64,000 bases of DNA, taken from Mytilus californianus (lineage: Eukaryota). The position numbers and the translations under genes were made by a program. The stretch covers positions 86,738,001 to 86,802,000 of the forward strand of contig NW_026262745.1 in the NCBI RefSeq assembly GCF_021869535.1, read 5' to 3'. This document shows, piece by piece, positions 51,296-64,000 of the stretch. Position 1 is the stretch's first letter, and each line of letters begins with the position of its first letter. The notes below the pieces were generated by a model. That model was not told the origin of the DNA. It searched no databases and saw only the letters and a program-made list of their open reading frames with translations.

Positions 51296-52061
51296 TTCTA
51301 GAGAATTGAATATCACTCTTGTAAATTTGTGTTCTTTTTTTTTTAAATGAACAACATGAACAATGATTTCATAATCATACAAATGAGTTTTGTTTGATAG
51401 AATGGATTTATATTCTTAGTTTTTCAATTGTCCTGTCTTGCTATTATGTTTTTATTTTTAACGTAAGCTTTTTTTTTAAATGAAAATAATTCATTTTTAC
51501 CCATTTTGACGCAATAACACTTAACAAAAGAAATGTCCAGCGAAGCAGCATAATGTATGTTTTACTTCAGTATTTGACCTCTTGCACATATGGAGAGTGT
51601 ACTAGTTAGATTCTTTTATTTGACGAGTTCGTATTCGGCATACGGGAGAAAACCACCTTCGACCTTTTACCCAGTTTTAATTGAATGGTATGTTCGATAA
51701 CTTCTAAATTGTGATTTATTGATAACTGGTGCTGCTTTCATCGAGTGTTGTTTGTACGTGATATTCATGTAATATACTTCATGTCTGAGTTCTGATATAG
51801 AAAAAGAATCACATTTTATTCTATTTAGAGACGTGCACTTTTCATTTTATGAATTAATGAATCAACTCTCCATTCGATTTGAATCATTTTGAAACCAGAT
51901 TGTATTATGTTTACGTTTGTTTTCTTTTCCTCATAGTGGAACCTTACTGGATGTTTCCTTCTAACAAAGAGCTAATAAACTGAAGATTGACACCACCTGC
52001 ATGTGGATATTGTAATGTTCAATTCACACTATAATTTATTTTAGAGACATATCTAAAAAAA

Positions 52062-52290
52062 ATAAGGAGATGTGCTATGATTGCCAATGAGACAACTATC
52101 CACCAGAGTTCAAATGAAGTTGATGTAAGCCATTATAGGAAACCGTACAACTTTCAACAATGAGTAAATCTCATACCGTATTGTCGGGTACAAATGGCCC
52201 CGACATTAAAAATGTGAAACAGTTCAAGGGAGAAAACTAACTACCTAATTTATTACAAAATAATTTACGAAAACAAATTTGACAGACATG
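52062..52290 (-). mobile_element. PLE 3' tail fragment
   Basis: ggagatgtgctatgattgccaatgagacaactatccaccagag. Confidence 0.7.
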
Positions 52291-52689
52291 AACTAATATA
52301 TAAGGTTTCACGATCAACGTGTTTCATAGCACTTTGAATTAAAAAATAGCATACTATTTGAATGCAATAAGAAAATGGTGATTCTCCGCTACAGTAGTGA
52401 TTATTTGCCACAGTAATCCCTTTTACCTTAGGACATCTAATAAACAGAGTTCTGAAAGGTATACATCAAAATTCAAGGTGTTTATAAACTGGATGTAAAC
52501 GGTAGCATACATATATAGGAAACGTTTTCCACATCAGTACGTTCATCAATGATATTCGGTTATCAGGCATCATTAGATAGCGGATGGCAAATATGTTTGT
52601 TCAGTTTTTATATAATGTATTGTGTTTCGATAACATTATTGTCCTGACCCTAATATATATCTAAATGGGCAATTTTAATATATATGCTC

Positions 52690-54410
52690 ATACTGTTTTC
52701 ACTAGACAAAAAATCAAAACACACGTATCCCTCACCAATTTGAACAGTAAATCTGAGGACTTACCTTGTTTGTATTGGATACCTAAGCTTCACAAAATTC
52801 AGTACAAACAACGGTACAATGCCGGCTCATCTGCATGTTCTACAAAGGAATTGTCCATTAGATTGACAAACAAAAGAGGGTCTTCAGAAATACTGTGAAA
52901 CTGTTTACTCGCGTAGAGGTATTAACCATATGTGAATTCTAAAAAAGAACTTCTGGATAATTTTAATTCCCGATCTTTCTCTGAACATAATTATATCAAA
53001 ACGTTTGGTTTTCAACCCTGTATAACACCATCCCCAAGTGAAATTCGTCTAAAAGAAATAACCCACAATGCTTTTCAATATAAAAATGGTAGCATAAGTT
53101 TTAAATCTATTGCTTTGGGATACCATACGGCATATTTTGTTAATCATGAACAAAAAGGTAAGACATGCTACACAGAGGAACAAGTGTTCAGTACACTGGA
53201 GTTTCTTATTGACAACATTTTGTTGAATTTGGAGGTAGACTTTTTCAACAAATTGTCGGCATTCCCACGGAAACGAACTGTGCGCCTCTCCTTACCGACC
53301 TCTTCTTATTTCCTTCAGACTCTTGTCAAAATCAAGAAGATCAAAGAAGCCAGATAATTAAAGTTCACATTCAGATATATTGATGATGTTCTTTCCATTA
53401 ACAATCCAAACTTTTCTGATTGGGTTCCATTAATATACCCTCCTTAACTAGAAATTAAAGAAACAACAGACACGGCATCCTCCACCTCATGATTAGACTT
53501 ATCCCTCGAATTTGACATAAGCGGTCATCTTTGTACCAGAATCTATGACAATCGAAACGATTTTAATTCTGAAATTATAAATTTCCCCCACCTTAGCAGC
53601 AATATACCAACTTGCATATGGGATATAAATTTCCCAACTCATTCGGTATTCAAGAGATTGCAGCTGCTACTTAGACTTTATAAAAAAGTGTCTGAGCAGA
53701 AAGTTGATGAACCAGGGTAATGTCTAAGAACATCTCGTCCTTTTTTTTTTTAAAGTTCATCGGAAGATACCAAGACCTTGTTGATAAAAATATTCCGTAT
53801 CAACTTCACAAATAAAACATGATAGTCTTTAAGTATAGATTCTAGGTACTGACGTTGTTTATCATCTTAATTATGTGTTATTGTGTTTTTATTTGTCTTT
53901 GTATATTTTTAACTTTTACTGTTAAGTCCATTTTGGTAATACACTTTAGCATGACTCGGTATTTATACATCCCGCCATTGTGTTATTGTGCTATGATAAT
54001 TTTTTGTATTCTTGTCTTTCATGTTTGCTTATGTACTTTGTCTATAGAGTGTCTATATGCCATTTTGTTTTTCTTTGTTGAAATAGTTATTTGTTTTTAT
54101 AATGATTAAGATAATAACACAATGTTGACTGCTGTATCCCAATTTTTGACAATTTTACCTATTATTTCTGTTTGTTTTGCTCACACATTTTTGTCAATAT
54201 AATGGATTTCTATACGGTTGTCATACAAGTGATACATTTAAATAGCTATAAAACCATGTTTAATCCACCATTTTCGACATTTGGAAATGACTGTACCAAG
54301 TCAGGAATATGACAGTTGTTTTCCATTCGTTTGCTCTGTTTGAGGTTTTGATTTTGCCATTTGATAAGGGAATTTTCCTTGGAGTTCGGTATTTTTGTTA
54401 TTTTACTTTT
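52690..54410 (+). mobile_element. Naiad-type family D, decayed RT (fingers to thumb) plus 3' UTR
   Basis: LPCLYWIPKLHK, CSTKELS, LEFLIDNI, FRYIDDVLSINNP, YDNRNDF, over several frames with many lesions. Confidence 0.85.
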
Positions 54411-54502
54411 TCCAAATTCAAGTCGATATACGATACTGAGTAATCTGAACCAGTAGTATTAACTGTTCAAATTGTCGTGATTAAATTTAATAAATCTGTT
54501 CA

Positions 54503-54626
54503 AAAAGTAAAATAACAAAAATATCAAACTCCAAGGAAAATTCTGAAAGTCCCTTATCAAATGGTAAATTCAAAAGACCAAACACATTAAACGAATAGAA
54601 ACTAACGGTCATATTCCTGACTTGGT
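54503..54626 (-). repeat. Inverted copy of the family D 3' terminus
   Basis: Reverse complement of 54295-54410 (accaagtcaggaatatgac...ccatttgataaggg...ttttccttggagtt...gttattttactttt). Confidence 0.8.
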
Positions 54627-54879
54627 GGAGCAGTTTCCTTATTGAGAAAATGATGGATTAAATCTGTTTTTATCGCTAGCTAATCCTTTTAATTATTTAC
54701 CACTTGTTACCTCTCTTTGACATGCCATCACTAACGTATTGAAAAATTAAGGTACAATGTATTCTAAGAGATAATTCCCCGTATTAAAGTCTGCATTAGA
54801 CAAATAAGTTGGCGAAAACGGAACAAATTGATTGTGATAAACATGTCTAGCAAATATTACAAGTGTGGTCTTGTTAGTT

Positions 54880-55564
54880 CAAAATATTGCATATCGACAA
54901 TGTTAGTTCAAGACGAATGAAAATTTTTCAAAGTTGAGAATCAACCTTTAAACTCGAATGATGAAAATTGCATATTGAATGTTTACAATTTATATGGTAA
55001 AGAAAACGTTAAAACATGTCAATGTTAAAAACGAATTTTTAATCTTTTATGTTGACATAAAGAATGTTTACTATTAAAATCGAATATTGATTGTTAAAAA
55101 ATTGAATGTTGAATAAATTTGAAAAATAAGAAAAATATAGAAACTAAAAATAAAAACACAAACACAAACACAAACAAATGTGTGTGTTGAAAGTTCAAAT
55201 CCAATTTGAGTGTTGAAAAACGATTGTAGAATTTTGAACGCAAATGTCAAATGTTAAATATCATGATTTGAACGTAAAAATATTCAATATTAAATGTTGA
55301 ATGTTGAAAATTAACGATTGAAATATGAACATATCAGAAAATAAAAGAGAAAAATGAATTCAATTTTTGAATGTTTTAAACACGAATATTGTCAAAGGTT
55401 TAAAAACGAATGTCAAAAGTGATTATTTGAATGTTGTTAATGTTCATGTCTAATGTTGAAAACAAATGGTGAATGTGCAACACAAACTTGACATCCGTGA
55501 GTTCCTTTTGTTAAAACTATAAATGGGGTCCCTTCTTTGACCCAAATATATATGATTCCGCTAG
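54880..55564 (+). mobile_element. Possible non-autonomous Helitron with internal tgaatgt-type repeats
   Basis: Degenerate ttgaatgttgaaaa repeats; 3' hairpin GGGTC-N8-GACCC (55526-43) 17 nt before CTAG followed by T. The 5' TC end was not identified. Confidence 0.35.
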
Positions 55565-55704
55565 TCCTTCTGTGTTTTTCTGAAAGTTTGAATACTATTT
55601 TTTAGGTGAACTAAGTGTACAGTACACAAGGACTCTCGTGAAATAGTGACACCACTAGTTAATCGATGTCAAAATCTCTTAAATCCATTAGGGAGATACA
55701 AAAC

Positions 55705-55900
55705 TAAGGCAGCGAAAACCTGTCGGTAGTGAGCCGATGCATATAAACATTGTATCGGTCGACCAATTTGTCATAGAGAATGTAAATCTTAAGTCGTTTC
55801 GCTTTCCAGTGTTCTTCCTGTAAAATAGTGTGAATTCCTTTTTTAACAGGAGCAAATCCCTGTAGATGATGTTCTTTATAAATCGTTTGCACCTTCCGAA
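55705..55900 (-). mobile_element. Very old PLE RT thumb fragment
   Basis: ...KRLKIYILYDKLVDRYNVYMHRLTTDRF resembles the family A C-terminus (ELVDRYGITVSQMISDMF). Confidence 0.55.
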
Positions 55901-56637
55901 AACTCCTACAATTCAAACTCGTGCAAGTTATAAATGAACATGTCTGGCATATGAATACCTTAATGTTTGAATAAAGTATTTTATCTTGCCTTACTCACTA
56001 ATATGTTGCCGTTTGTTTTTTATTGTTTAAAAGACCGTACGACGAGGAACAGGGTATATTTCTGCTAAGAAATTTAGAATTTACAATTAAAAGTTGAAAC
56101 CATAATCTGTGTTACATACTATAGTTTGCAGTCGTCTATATTTATTAATACCAAGAAAACAATCAAGATATGAAGTATACCTTCAGTGTAATCCTTATTA
56201 TGTAGATGTTTGCAAGTCAACCAAACAGGAGTGTGACTTAAATTGTACACATTCGTGTGTATTATTGGAATGATTCAGTCCCGTATGTCTGATTTAAAAC
56301 TAGGGTCACGGAATTGGTATGTGTCATCAGAAATGGTTTATACTGTTTATTTTTCAAGAAATGCATCTGATCAGTTGCACTACACCTGAAAATCGATCTA
56401 ACCTAGATAAGTGAAACCTCTGTCTAATCATTTTAAAATGATGCATGTAACTGGGAATGTTAATGCATTCTAGGGTCGACGAAAGATACAAATAACATAC
56501 ACATTTGTTTTTCTAGAACAATAATTATGCATTCTTTCTTGAAACTAGCACCATGTATCAAGTGCAGATGGATTCCTCTACCGAAAGTGCCAAACAATTC
56601 CAAAGGGGCAATCAGAATCATTATTTGAAGTATAGTT

Positions 56638-56838
56638 CTGTTAACCAACTTATTTTTGCGGATACTTTATTTCGCGTTTAGCCATTTCTCACCTACTTTG
56701 CGGCTTCAAATTTTCTTGAAGAAATTTAATAAGGAATAATCCGATTTATACAAATTCGCAAAGATTAATATTTGCGTTATTTTCCTACTCACAAAAGTCG
56801 CAAAAAATAAATCGCTCGCGAAAAGTAATTTTACAGTA
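56638..56838. mobile_element. Short TA-type MITE remnant (ttcgcg-rich ends)
   Basis: ctgttaaccaacttatttttgcgga...cgcgaaaagtaattttacagta. Confidence 0.5.
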
Positions 56839-57029
56839 ATTAATATCATAGCCAACAAACAAATAGATCTAATACACAAACACCAGCATGCAAGAAAAAC
56901 TTAAGACTATACGAATCCTTCCAGACACAGTGGTTTACTTAGGTTGAACACGAACGGAAAGGCATATCTTGATTCTCGAAGAGCACCCTTTTCCGTTGCT
57001 GAGTTAAAGCTAGAAATTAATAATATTGG

Positions 57030-57590
57030 CAATGTCGAAATCGAGGTAAATATGTCGTGATAAAAAAATTGAGACATATTTTTTATGTATGTGTTGACAC
57101 ATATATTCCACAACGGTCAACCAAAGTATAATGACGTCCATGAAGGTTTCGATAGATATTATTTCAACTTTAGAATTTGAAACTCATGGTTCAAAGGTTT
57201 TCTTGTTAGCAGCTACCTCTGGTGAGGGAAACCATGACAGTAAAAGAAGATAAAAAAAATCGTATAATAAGTGAATTTATACTCCATACGTGCCATATTC
57301 AAGGTATATTTGTTCGATAAGAAAACATCATCTATGTTGCTAAACGTGAAGTTAAAGGATAATGCTGGCTTTTTTTTTCTTCTTGAGAAGCTGCTGTGTG
57401 TCATGTGACTCATTTCAATAAAGAATCGAGTAGACAAGAATGGGAGCACAGTTTTTGCCCACTGAAATGTAAATCGTTTGTTGTAAAACACGTCCTTCAA
57501 ACGTAATACATATGTTGTCAACAAAACAATTATGCATCTTCTTGTTGTCAGTTTAACTAAAATGTTTGTATGATATGTTCGCAACAAAGT
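57030..57590 (-). mobile_element. Decayed PLE RT with an internal deletion
   Basis: Out-of-frame remnants of DNIFVTFGGRVLQQ, IPMGKNCAP, FNFTFSNIDDV and LTRKPLNHEFQ. Confidence 0.7.
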
Positions 57591-58084
57591 GTTGTTTACA
57601 AGGTATCATGTGTCCCTTCTTAAATCGACAAATGTATCTACGCTGGTAATTATTTTATTGGAGTTCAGCTTCAAATGAAAAAAGAGGTTTCAATTGTATG
57701 TGTAATTTGATAAATCTTTTAAACTTTTTAGTATTCACATTTGCAAAACTCCGCCTATGGAGTAGATGTAATTACAGTAACTATATATCTGCTTTTGAGT
57801 GTTAACAAACTGTTTGTTCAACATTAGCAAAACCGGCTTCGTTAAGCAATTAGCAGACCTAGTAATCAAATATTGTTTATAAGGACACTTTGGTAAGTTA
57901 GGTATCCAGTACAGTAAAACACTATCCAGTTCAGCATTTCAGGTTGACATTTCAAATGATCATATATCAGATGTATGATTGTTCCGGGTTTCATTTGTAG
58001 TGCGTGTTTGCTAAAGTGTAAGTTGAGTTTCGAGTTGTATTTTACAAAAAAGTTAATAAAGTGATAAAAAAATAAATAACCTCA

Positions 58085-58385
58085 TTATAGATGCCACGAT
58101 TGAAATTGTTTACACCAAAAGATGCTTTTCGTCTGCAAAAGACTCATAATTGACGTTCGAATACAAAATAAAAAAAATAAAATAAAAAGGTCAAAAATAT
58201 ACGAAGTTGCAGAGCACTGATGACTTACAATTTCGAAAGGTTTTGTCAATACAGCTAAGGTGATCTATTCACTGGGTAGACATTACTTATTTTTGGAAAA
58301 ATTCTAAATTTTGTTAACAATTCATTTATAATTATAATCATAATAATGTTAATTCATGTCAAAACAGAAGTGCTTACTACGTGGC
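58085..58385 (-). mobile_element. Degenerate retrozyme-like repeat with a decayed hammerhead (58112-58156)
   Basis: Minus strand ACGTCA-ATTATGA-GTC(TTTTGCA)GAC-GAAA matches the 6539 motif; the core CTGATGA has decayed. Confidence 0.65.
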
Positions 58386-59214
58386 GATGAAAACTACATC
58401 ACTATATTCCTTTGGTCTTTCTCTAAAGGCAATTCATCTGTAACTGAATTAGGACAGGCAATTAGCAACAGTTGGGTCTTTTATATGGCATAATCCTCGA
58501 CACAATCCACTAGTATTTTAAAGATGTGTTTCCAGTTTACATATGTAGGCTCCTTGTATTTTGGCATTACAGTTAACATATTCCGTATAGAAATGTTGTT
58601 TACATTTTCATAACAACTGCGCATCAATATAGTAAAAGCCCCGAAAATGGTTTCTTTTTTAGAATGGGATATAGCTAGGTATGTTAAAGATTCTACGTTT
58701 AGTATACCCGGTTTAACTTTGTCAGATTAATCAGTGCATTTATAAATTGTTTTGATATCTTTATGCATTTATTTACACTGTCTCGGTTTTTGATCTCATT
58801 TGGTTCGATTGTCTTTGCGTCGCAACTCATGGGTGAATTTATACTACTTCAAAATGTTCAACTTTAACTGACATTGATATTGTTTCATTATGGTTTTATA
58901 TTCAGAAGCATTCTATTAGCTATTTGGTAGTTAAAGTAACAATAAAGAGTTTCCATTTCTAATTGGCATAGTATTTGTATAGGTTGCAACTAATAACATG
59001 ATTAATGAAGCAGCACAACACAATGTTGTTAATATATAAAATCATCTTTTCAAAAATACAGATGCTGTTTAAATAAAAACTGTTACTATAACATTTTTCA
59101 AATCAGTTTCAAACAAGGAGTGTATTTCCTTTAGCATAGCTCTGATACCTTGTCCGGTTTTGGTAACAGTTGCGGTACTTTTGGTTTTATCAGCTCTTCA
59201 ACAACATGACAAGA

Positions 59215-59259
59215 AAAATCCGTGTTAAGACATTAATGGTCAAAATGCGCATCTGGTGC
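59215..59259 (+). ncRNA. Heavily decayed hammerhead motif of a second family
   Basis: GAC(ATTAATG)GTC-AAAA-TGCGCA-TC-TGGTGC keeps stem II, a palindromic stem III and a stem I 3' arm, but the core is lost. Confidence 0.4.
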
Positions 59260-60490
59260 AGTATAATTCGTACTGTTAATGTTACTATCTACAGACATCT
59301 AAGTGACCTGACTGATTTTCTGAGAAAAAACTTTATATCAATTTACATCGTTCTGCATGATTCGTAACCTCAATTTGGTCTTTTCTCTATGGATGCAGTC
59401 ATTGAATTCCGTGAATACTATAAGATATTGTGAAAAGACCAATTATAGATTTTGTTATCAATTTGAAATAAGAACAGTCTACTCATAGAAAATCAAGAGA
59501 CTATACTACAGCTAAAGAAGATAAACAAATCGACAGGGAGAGACCATTTAAGGAATTTTACTTTAATGGATAACGTGTTTGTCAACAGACTTTCTGCTTC
59601 GCCAAAAAAAAAAAAAAAAAAAAAACCAGAAGCTTCTCGCAATATAAAAGTCTTTAGATAATGATGGTCTAACCCCCAAAGAGCATTGCGGTAAAGGACG
59701 ACATGTAAAACATGCTTTATGGTATACTGATATTGACAGAATAAAATCTGTTTTACATACATATGCAGTAGACAATGCTCTGCCCCTGCCAGGTAGACTT
59801 CCAAATTTCAGAAATTACCAGGTCTTGCTTCTCCCGTCAGATAAGACAACATTTGATATTTCATGAGTTATATGAAACATTAACTCTAAAATCGAAATAT
59901 AGAAATATTAGTTTACACACTTTCCAAAAGACTATGGAGTAACTTATCTCCAAACATTGTGGTGTCAAAACCATGCACAGATCCTTGTTGTAAATGTCAG
60001 GAATTCGCCTTTAACATATCAAACAGTGGACAACGTACAGAAGAAGAAAACAGTGCTTTTAAATGATAAATATAAAACACATGTTCAGCTAGCAAAAAGA
60101 ACAAACAGATAATACAATGTAATATTCTTGCGACTATGCGCAACAGGTCCATTTCCCACACTCATAAGGTGGGACCCATATACTTCAAGATTCATAGAAA
60201 GTGTAGTGTATTTAGGATGAGCTATAATGGTATGAAATAATATCTCACTGCCATAATGGTATATCATGTAAATATTTACTTTTAATGATGAAAGCAAAGA
60301 AAAAAAAAATATGTAAAAAAATAGGAAATTAGTCTTCTCTGAAATTGATAAATCAGATATCTTTTAAATTATTTGCATCACATATTTATCAAACATCCAT
60401 TTTAAAGTTATATTTACAACATGTGTGAATATAATTAATTAACTGTAGAGATCAATAGCACCAATCTGAAAATGGTAGATACATGTTATA

Positions 60491-61128
60491 CCGTATATCG
60501 GGTTTTTTTCGCGTGTGTTTAATCTTCGCTTTGTTCGCGGTAGCTAAAGAAACGCGAAAATTGTCCTGCATATTCCAAGATTTATCAAAATTTTAAAGTT
60601 GTATACAATATACTACTAGTTATGGAGTCTTTTTTGTTGTTCAACAGATCACAAGAATGAGTATACTTAATTAAAATCTCTTTTTTCATAATAATTAAAT
60701 TGGCTAAACATACGTGTCACACCTTTTGAAAACACAGCAATCAGATGTTAATTAGTGACGAGCTATTGCATTGATAGGTGTCATAACCCAAACAATAAAA
60801 ACTAGAATAAAAATAAATCACTTTTACAAGGTTATTTTTCTGTATTGATCAGATTTCTATTTGTAGCATACCCCAATGTTCATAATTTACGTTCCTTAAA
60901 AGTTCTCTAAATTGTGTAATTTCGTTTGTATTACTCGTATTTATTTGTGATGGATTATCTGTCGGTCAATCATTTGTGTGTTATTTACATCTTAACAATG
61001 CTAAACAGTTATATTTTCGTGTGTAATTTCCCATTCAGCGAAAATTATACACAGTGAAAATTTAACCTGCACATTTTGTCATGAAATCGCGAAAAAAAGC
61101 CGACGCGAAAAAAAAACCCGGTATACGG
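60491..61128. mobile_element. 638-bp MITE with a TA TSD
   Basis: TIR CCGTATATCGGGTTTTTTTCGCG / CGCGAAAAAAAAACCCGGTATACGG; TA at 60489-90 and 61129-30. Confidence 0.85.
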
Positions 61129-61814
61129 TATTCTGAATTATGCATACTATTACTATAATATACACGTACTTCAAAAAAGTACACCTTTATGAGGTCGCTT
61201 TGTATCGAGCTCACACAATTTCATCTTGTTCAATTAGACCTATATTTTCCTTTTAACTCCGTCTAAACATAAAAATTAGGTTAAACACAATTCAATTTAG
61301 ATTTGAAACTAATGTCATTTATTTCATTTAAGCCAATAATTTTTTTAAACACTTTTCGTGCAGAAATTGACAAGGTATATTTTGTTTGATTGATGAAGAA
61401 GAGAACCCATCGAACACTAACAGTGTTGTGAGCATGGTGCACCACGACCTGATATACTATTGACACGGGTAGACTGATTGAAACTTCCACTTTGATAACT
61501 GTTCTGGACAGAATAAAACAAAAATGTTGTACTGTGGTACGCCCTGCAAACAGTTCTAACAGGTACATGTTTCTAAATTTTGATTTAAAAATTTATATAA
61601 AAGAACTTTTATGCAAACACAACATAGTTTAGTAGAGATATAAATGACATTATTATCAATATCCACCATTTAAGGTTTGGGGGCCACTCAAGTATTACAC
61701 GGTTACCAATTTTGGTTGCTTGTATGCCGCAAAACAATTGTATTTTGTCAGGCTCCCTTAACTTTTCATAGTTCTATTTTCGTTAAAGTATTCAATATAA
61801 GAATAGATACTATT

Positions 61815-62918
61815 TCATTTCCTATCGTTAATTAGCCATGTTTAGATGGTGACGTTCCCTTGTCACCATCTTACGGTGTTTATATATCTCAACTTGTACG
61901 ATTAGCTCGTGTATGTAATAATGTTTTAGATTTTAACGAGAGAAATCTATGTATTACTGAAAAATTATTACACCAGGGTTTTCAATATCACAAACTAGTC
62001 AAAACATTTACTAAATTTTATCATCGGTATAAGGACATCATTCGTAAATATAGCTCAACATGCAGACTTCTTATACGTTCAGGTATTTCACATCCAATTT
62101 TTTATGGAAATATTCTTTATAAAGCACAAAAATGTCAGTATTCACCTCTGAAGCTAACAAAACCTTTAAATAGACTTATTAAGAAGGGATATAGTTACGA
62201 TACTGTTGTCAGGTCATTAAAGATTGCATATTTTGGCGTTAATATTGATTCACTTATATGGTCTTTGCATCGGCACTAAACACATTTATTTAAAAACCAG
62301 TTGTTGGTATGACACGGGTTATGTTCTTCTCATATATGTTATGATGGTATGATACTAAACCCCTAACGGGAAGGGTTGTGCCTGATATTCATGTGATGAA
62401 GACATAATCTTTCAATCAGTTTAATTGAAGTCTGGAGCTGGCATGTCAGTTAACTGCTAGTAGTCTGTTGTTATTTATGTATTATTGTCATTTTGTTTAT
62501 TTTCTTTGGTTAAATCTTCTGACATCAGACTAGGACTTCTCTTGAACTGAATTTTAATGTGCGTATTGTTATGCGTTTACTTTTCTACATTGACTAGAGG
62601 TATAGGGGGAGGGTTGAGATCTCATAAACATGTTTAACCCCGCCGCATTTTTGCGCCTGTCCCAAGTCAGGAGCCTCTAGCCTTTGTTAGTCTTGTATTA
62701 TTTTTAATTTTAGTTTCTTGTGTACAATTTGGAGTTTAGTATGGCGTTCATTATCACTGAACTAGTATATATATTTGTTTAGGGGCCAGCTGAAGGACGC
62801 CTCCGGGTGCGGGAATTTCTCGCTGCATTGAAGACCTGTTGGTGACCTTCTGCTGTTGTCTGTTCTATGGTCGGGTTGTTGTCTCTTTGACACATTCCCA
62901 ATTTCCATTCTCAATTTT
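61815..62918 (+). mobile_element. Naiad-type family B: RT thumb plus full 3' UTR
   Basis: ORF 61860-62279 is intact to HRH*; the UTR is co-linear with 4658-5300. Confidence 0.9.
62341..62386 (+). promoter_or_regulatory. SECIS element in the family B 3' UTR
   Basis: ATGAT-GGTATGATACT-AAA-CCCCTAACGGGAAGGG-TTGTGCC-TGAT, 62 nt after the RT stop; lower helix CATAT/ATGTG. Confidence 0.75.
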
Positions 62919-64000
62919 ACTAAATAAAAACAAGAATGAGACAATTGATTAAGAACAAATCACCATCACATTTAAGTTTTTATTGATTAAAGACTTCGTT
63001 GTAATTTTTTATTAACATTTTTCTAATAGGATTCAAAGATGATCGAGTTTTCTACGATGATTGGTGGTGACACTAAGTTTGAACCCGACTTGCACTTTGG
63101 GGTTTGGAAGGTAAAAAAGCGCAGCTCAACAAAAGAAACAATGGCAGATGTGAGTGAGATATTAACAACTGAATATAAATTTGCATTCAAACTTTACAAA
63201 ACAGTACTTAAAATGATAAGTACTAAACTGTTTAAAAACATTATAATGCAGTAATGGAAAATTATGTTTTCATAAGTAAACCTCAGGTACACTAGAAAAA
63301 AATTAATTAAATATTTTTGCAGTTTTCCATTATGAATTAAAAGAAGATAGATCTAGGATAAGAATGGTTATTTTTCTGTTATCATCACAACATTTTATTT
63401 TAAACTTTGCTTGATTTTTCTGCGAACTACATTAAGCTTTACCGCTGCGGCACTATTGTTCCAAACAAATATAACTAGGCATGTCAAATATTATACATAT
63501 ATTCATGTCTATATTTTTTGCAGGAAAAAGACAAAAACTCATGTTGCCTCCTATTTCTATTTATTGTCTCTTCTGGATACATTTACGTCAGACTGCATGT
63601 ACAATTTGTCTTTATAGTGTTAAGATAATTATGTTGTATATATCTTTCAAATTGTAGAAAGTGTGAATAAGTCCAGCACAAATGGTCTTAATATTTCCCA
63701 ACAAGTCAAGGATATGGATATCTTTCATATACTATGATTGAAAGCAATATCTTCAGTAGTATTTTAAAACACTGAAGCATATCAACACATATTACAATTT
63801 TATCGTTGATTAAATAAAACCTGGATGTGTTATATGTGACGAATCAAGTGACGCTAGACCTATTGACTTCAATATGTTTAAAAAGAAAAAAAAAACACTA
63901 TATTTTCACCATCTAATATGCCAATCACCTTAACATCCAAAGGATAAGATGCAGCAATACAGTGGTATCTCTATAAATGAATCGGAGAATTTTGTCAAAA

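Noticed and set aside
51948-51995. Exon-like segment VEPYWMFPSNKELIN* after a good acceptor
   Set aside because: No upstream exon or recognisable domain could be linked to it.
52932-52934. TGA in the family D RT as a Sec codon
   Set aside because: It lies in NHM*ILKN, the conserved Trp position (TGG to TGA), in a heavily decayed copy.
56190-56630. Cys-rich exon-like pieces (VCKSTKQECDLNCTHSCV; PCIKCRWIPLPKVPN)
   Set aside because: They contain stops, have no consistent splice phases and give no identifiable domain.
58217-58238. Plus-strand CTGATGA...CGAAA hammerhead-like match
   Set aside because: Stem II cannot form (C...C closure, unpaired interior). It lies on the antisense strand of the retrozyme-like repeat and is coincidental.
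61340-63510. Possible minus-strand secreted-protein pseudogene (signal-like MNICII..CLVIFVWNNSAAAVK near 63415-63510 plus a Cys-containing piece near 61400)
   Set aside because: It needs an assumed frameshift, has a weak donor and incompatible exon phases, and no domain was recognised.

Overview
AT-rich eukaryotic genomic DNA, most likely a bivalve mollusc (Mytilus-like; inferred from the repeat families and gene types, not proven). Host content is small. There is one intact spliced gene for a 127-aa secreted single-WSC-domain protein (+, 23871-27777) and a disabled fibrinogen-related (FREP) gene (+, 37093-48729) whose intron holds a DIRS/Ngaro tyrosine-recombinase retrotransposon, itself split by a 4.2-kb TIR element. 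The rest is transposon debris: at least four families of Penelope-like (Naiad-type) RT retroelements, a CACTA element inside a 54-bp minisatellite, MITEs and fold-back palindromes, SINE-like pieces and a THAP remnant. The most interesting signals are at the RNA and motif level and are invisible in the ORF track. (1) Canonical SECIS hairpins with compensatory base changes lie in the 3' UTRs of two Naiad-type lineages, suggesting selenoprotein-encoding retrotransposons. (2) Type I hammerhead ribozyme (retrozyme-like) motifs occur at 6539, 58112 and 59215. (3) Six RFX X-box palindromes cluster inside the 4.2-kb TIR element. All folds and alignments were done by eye, and coordinates of degenerate repeats are approximate.
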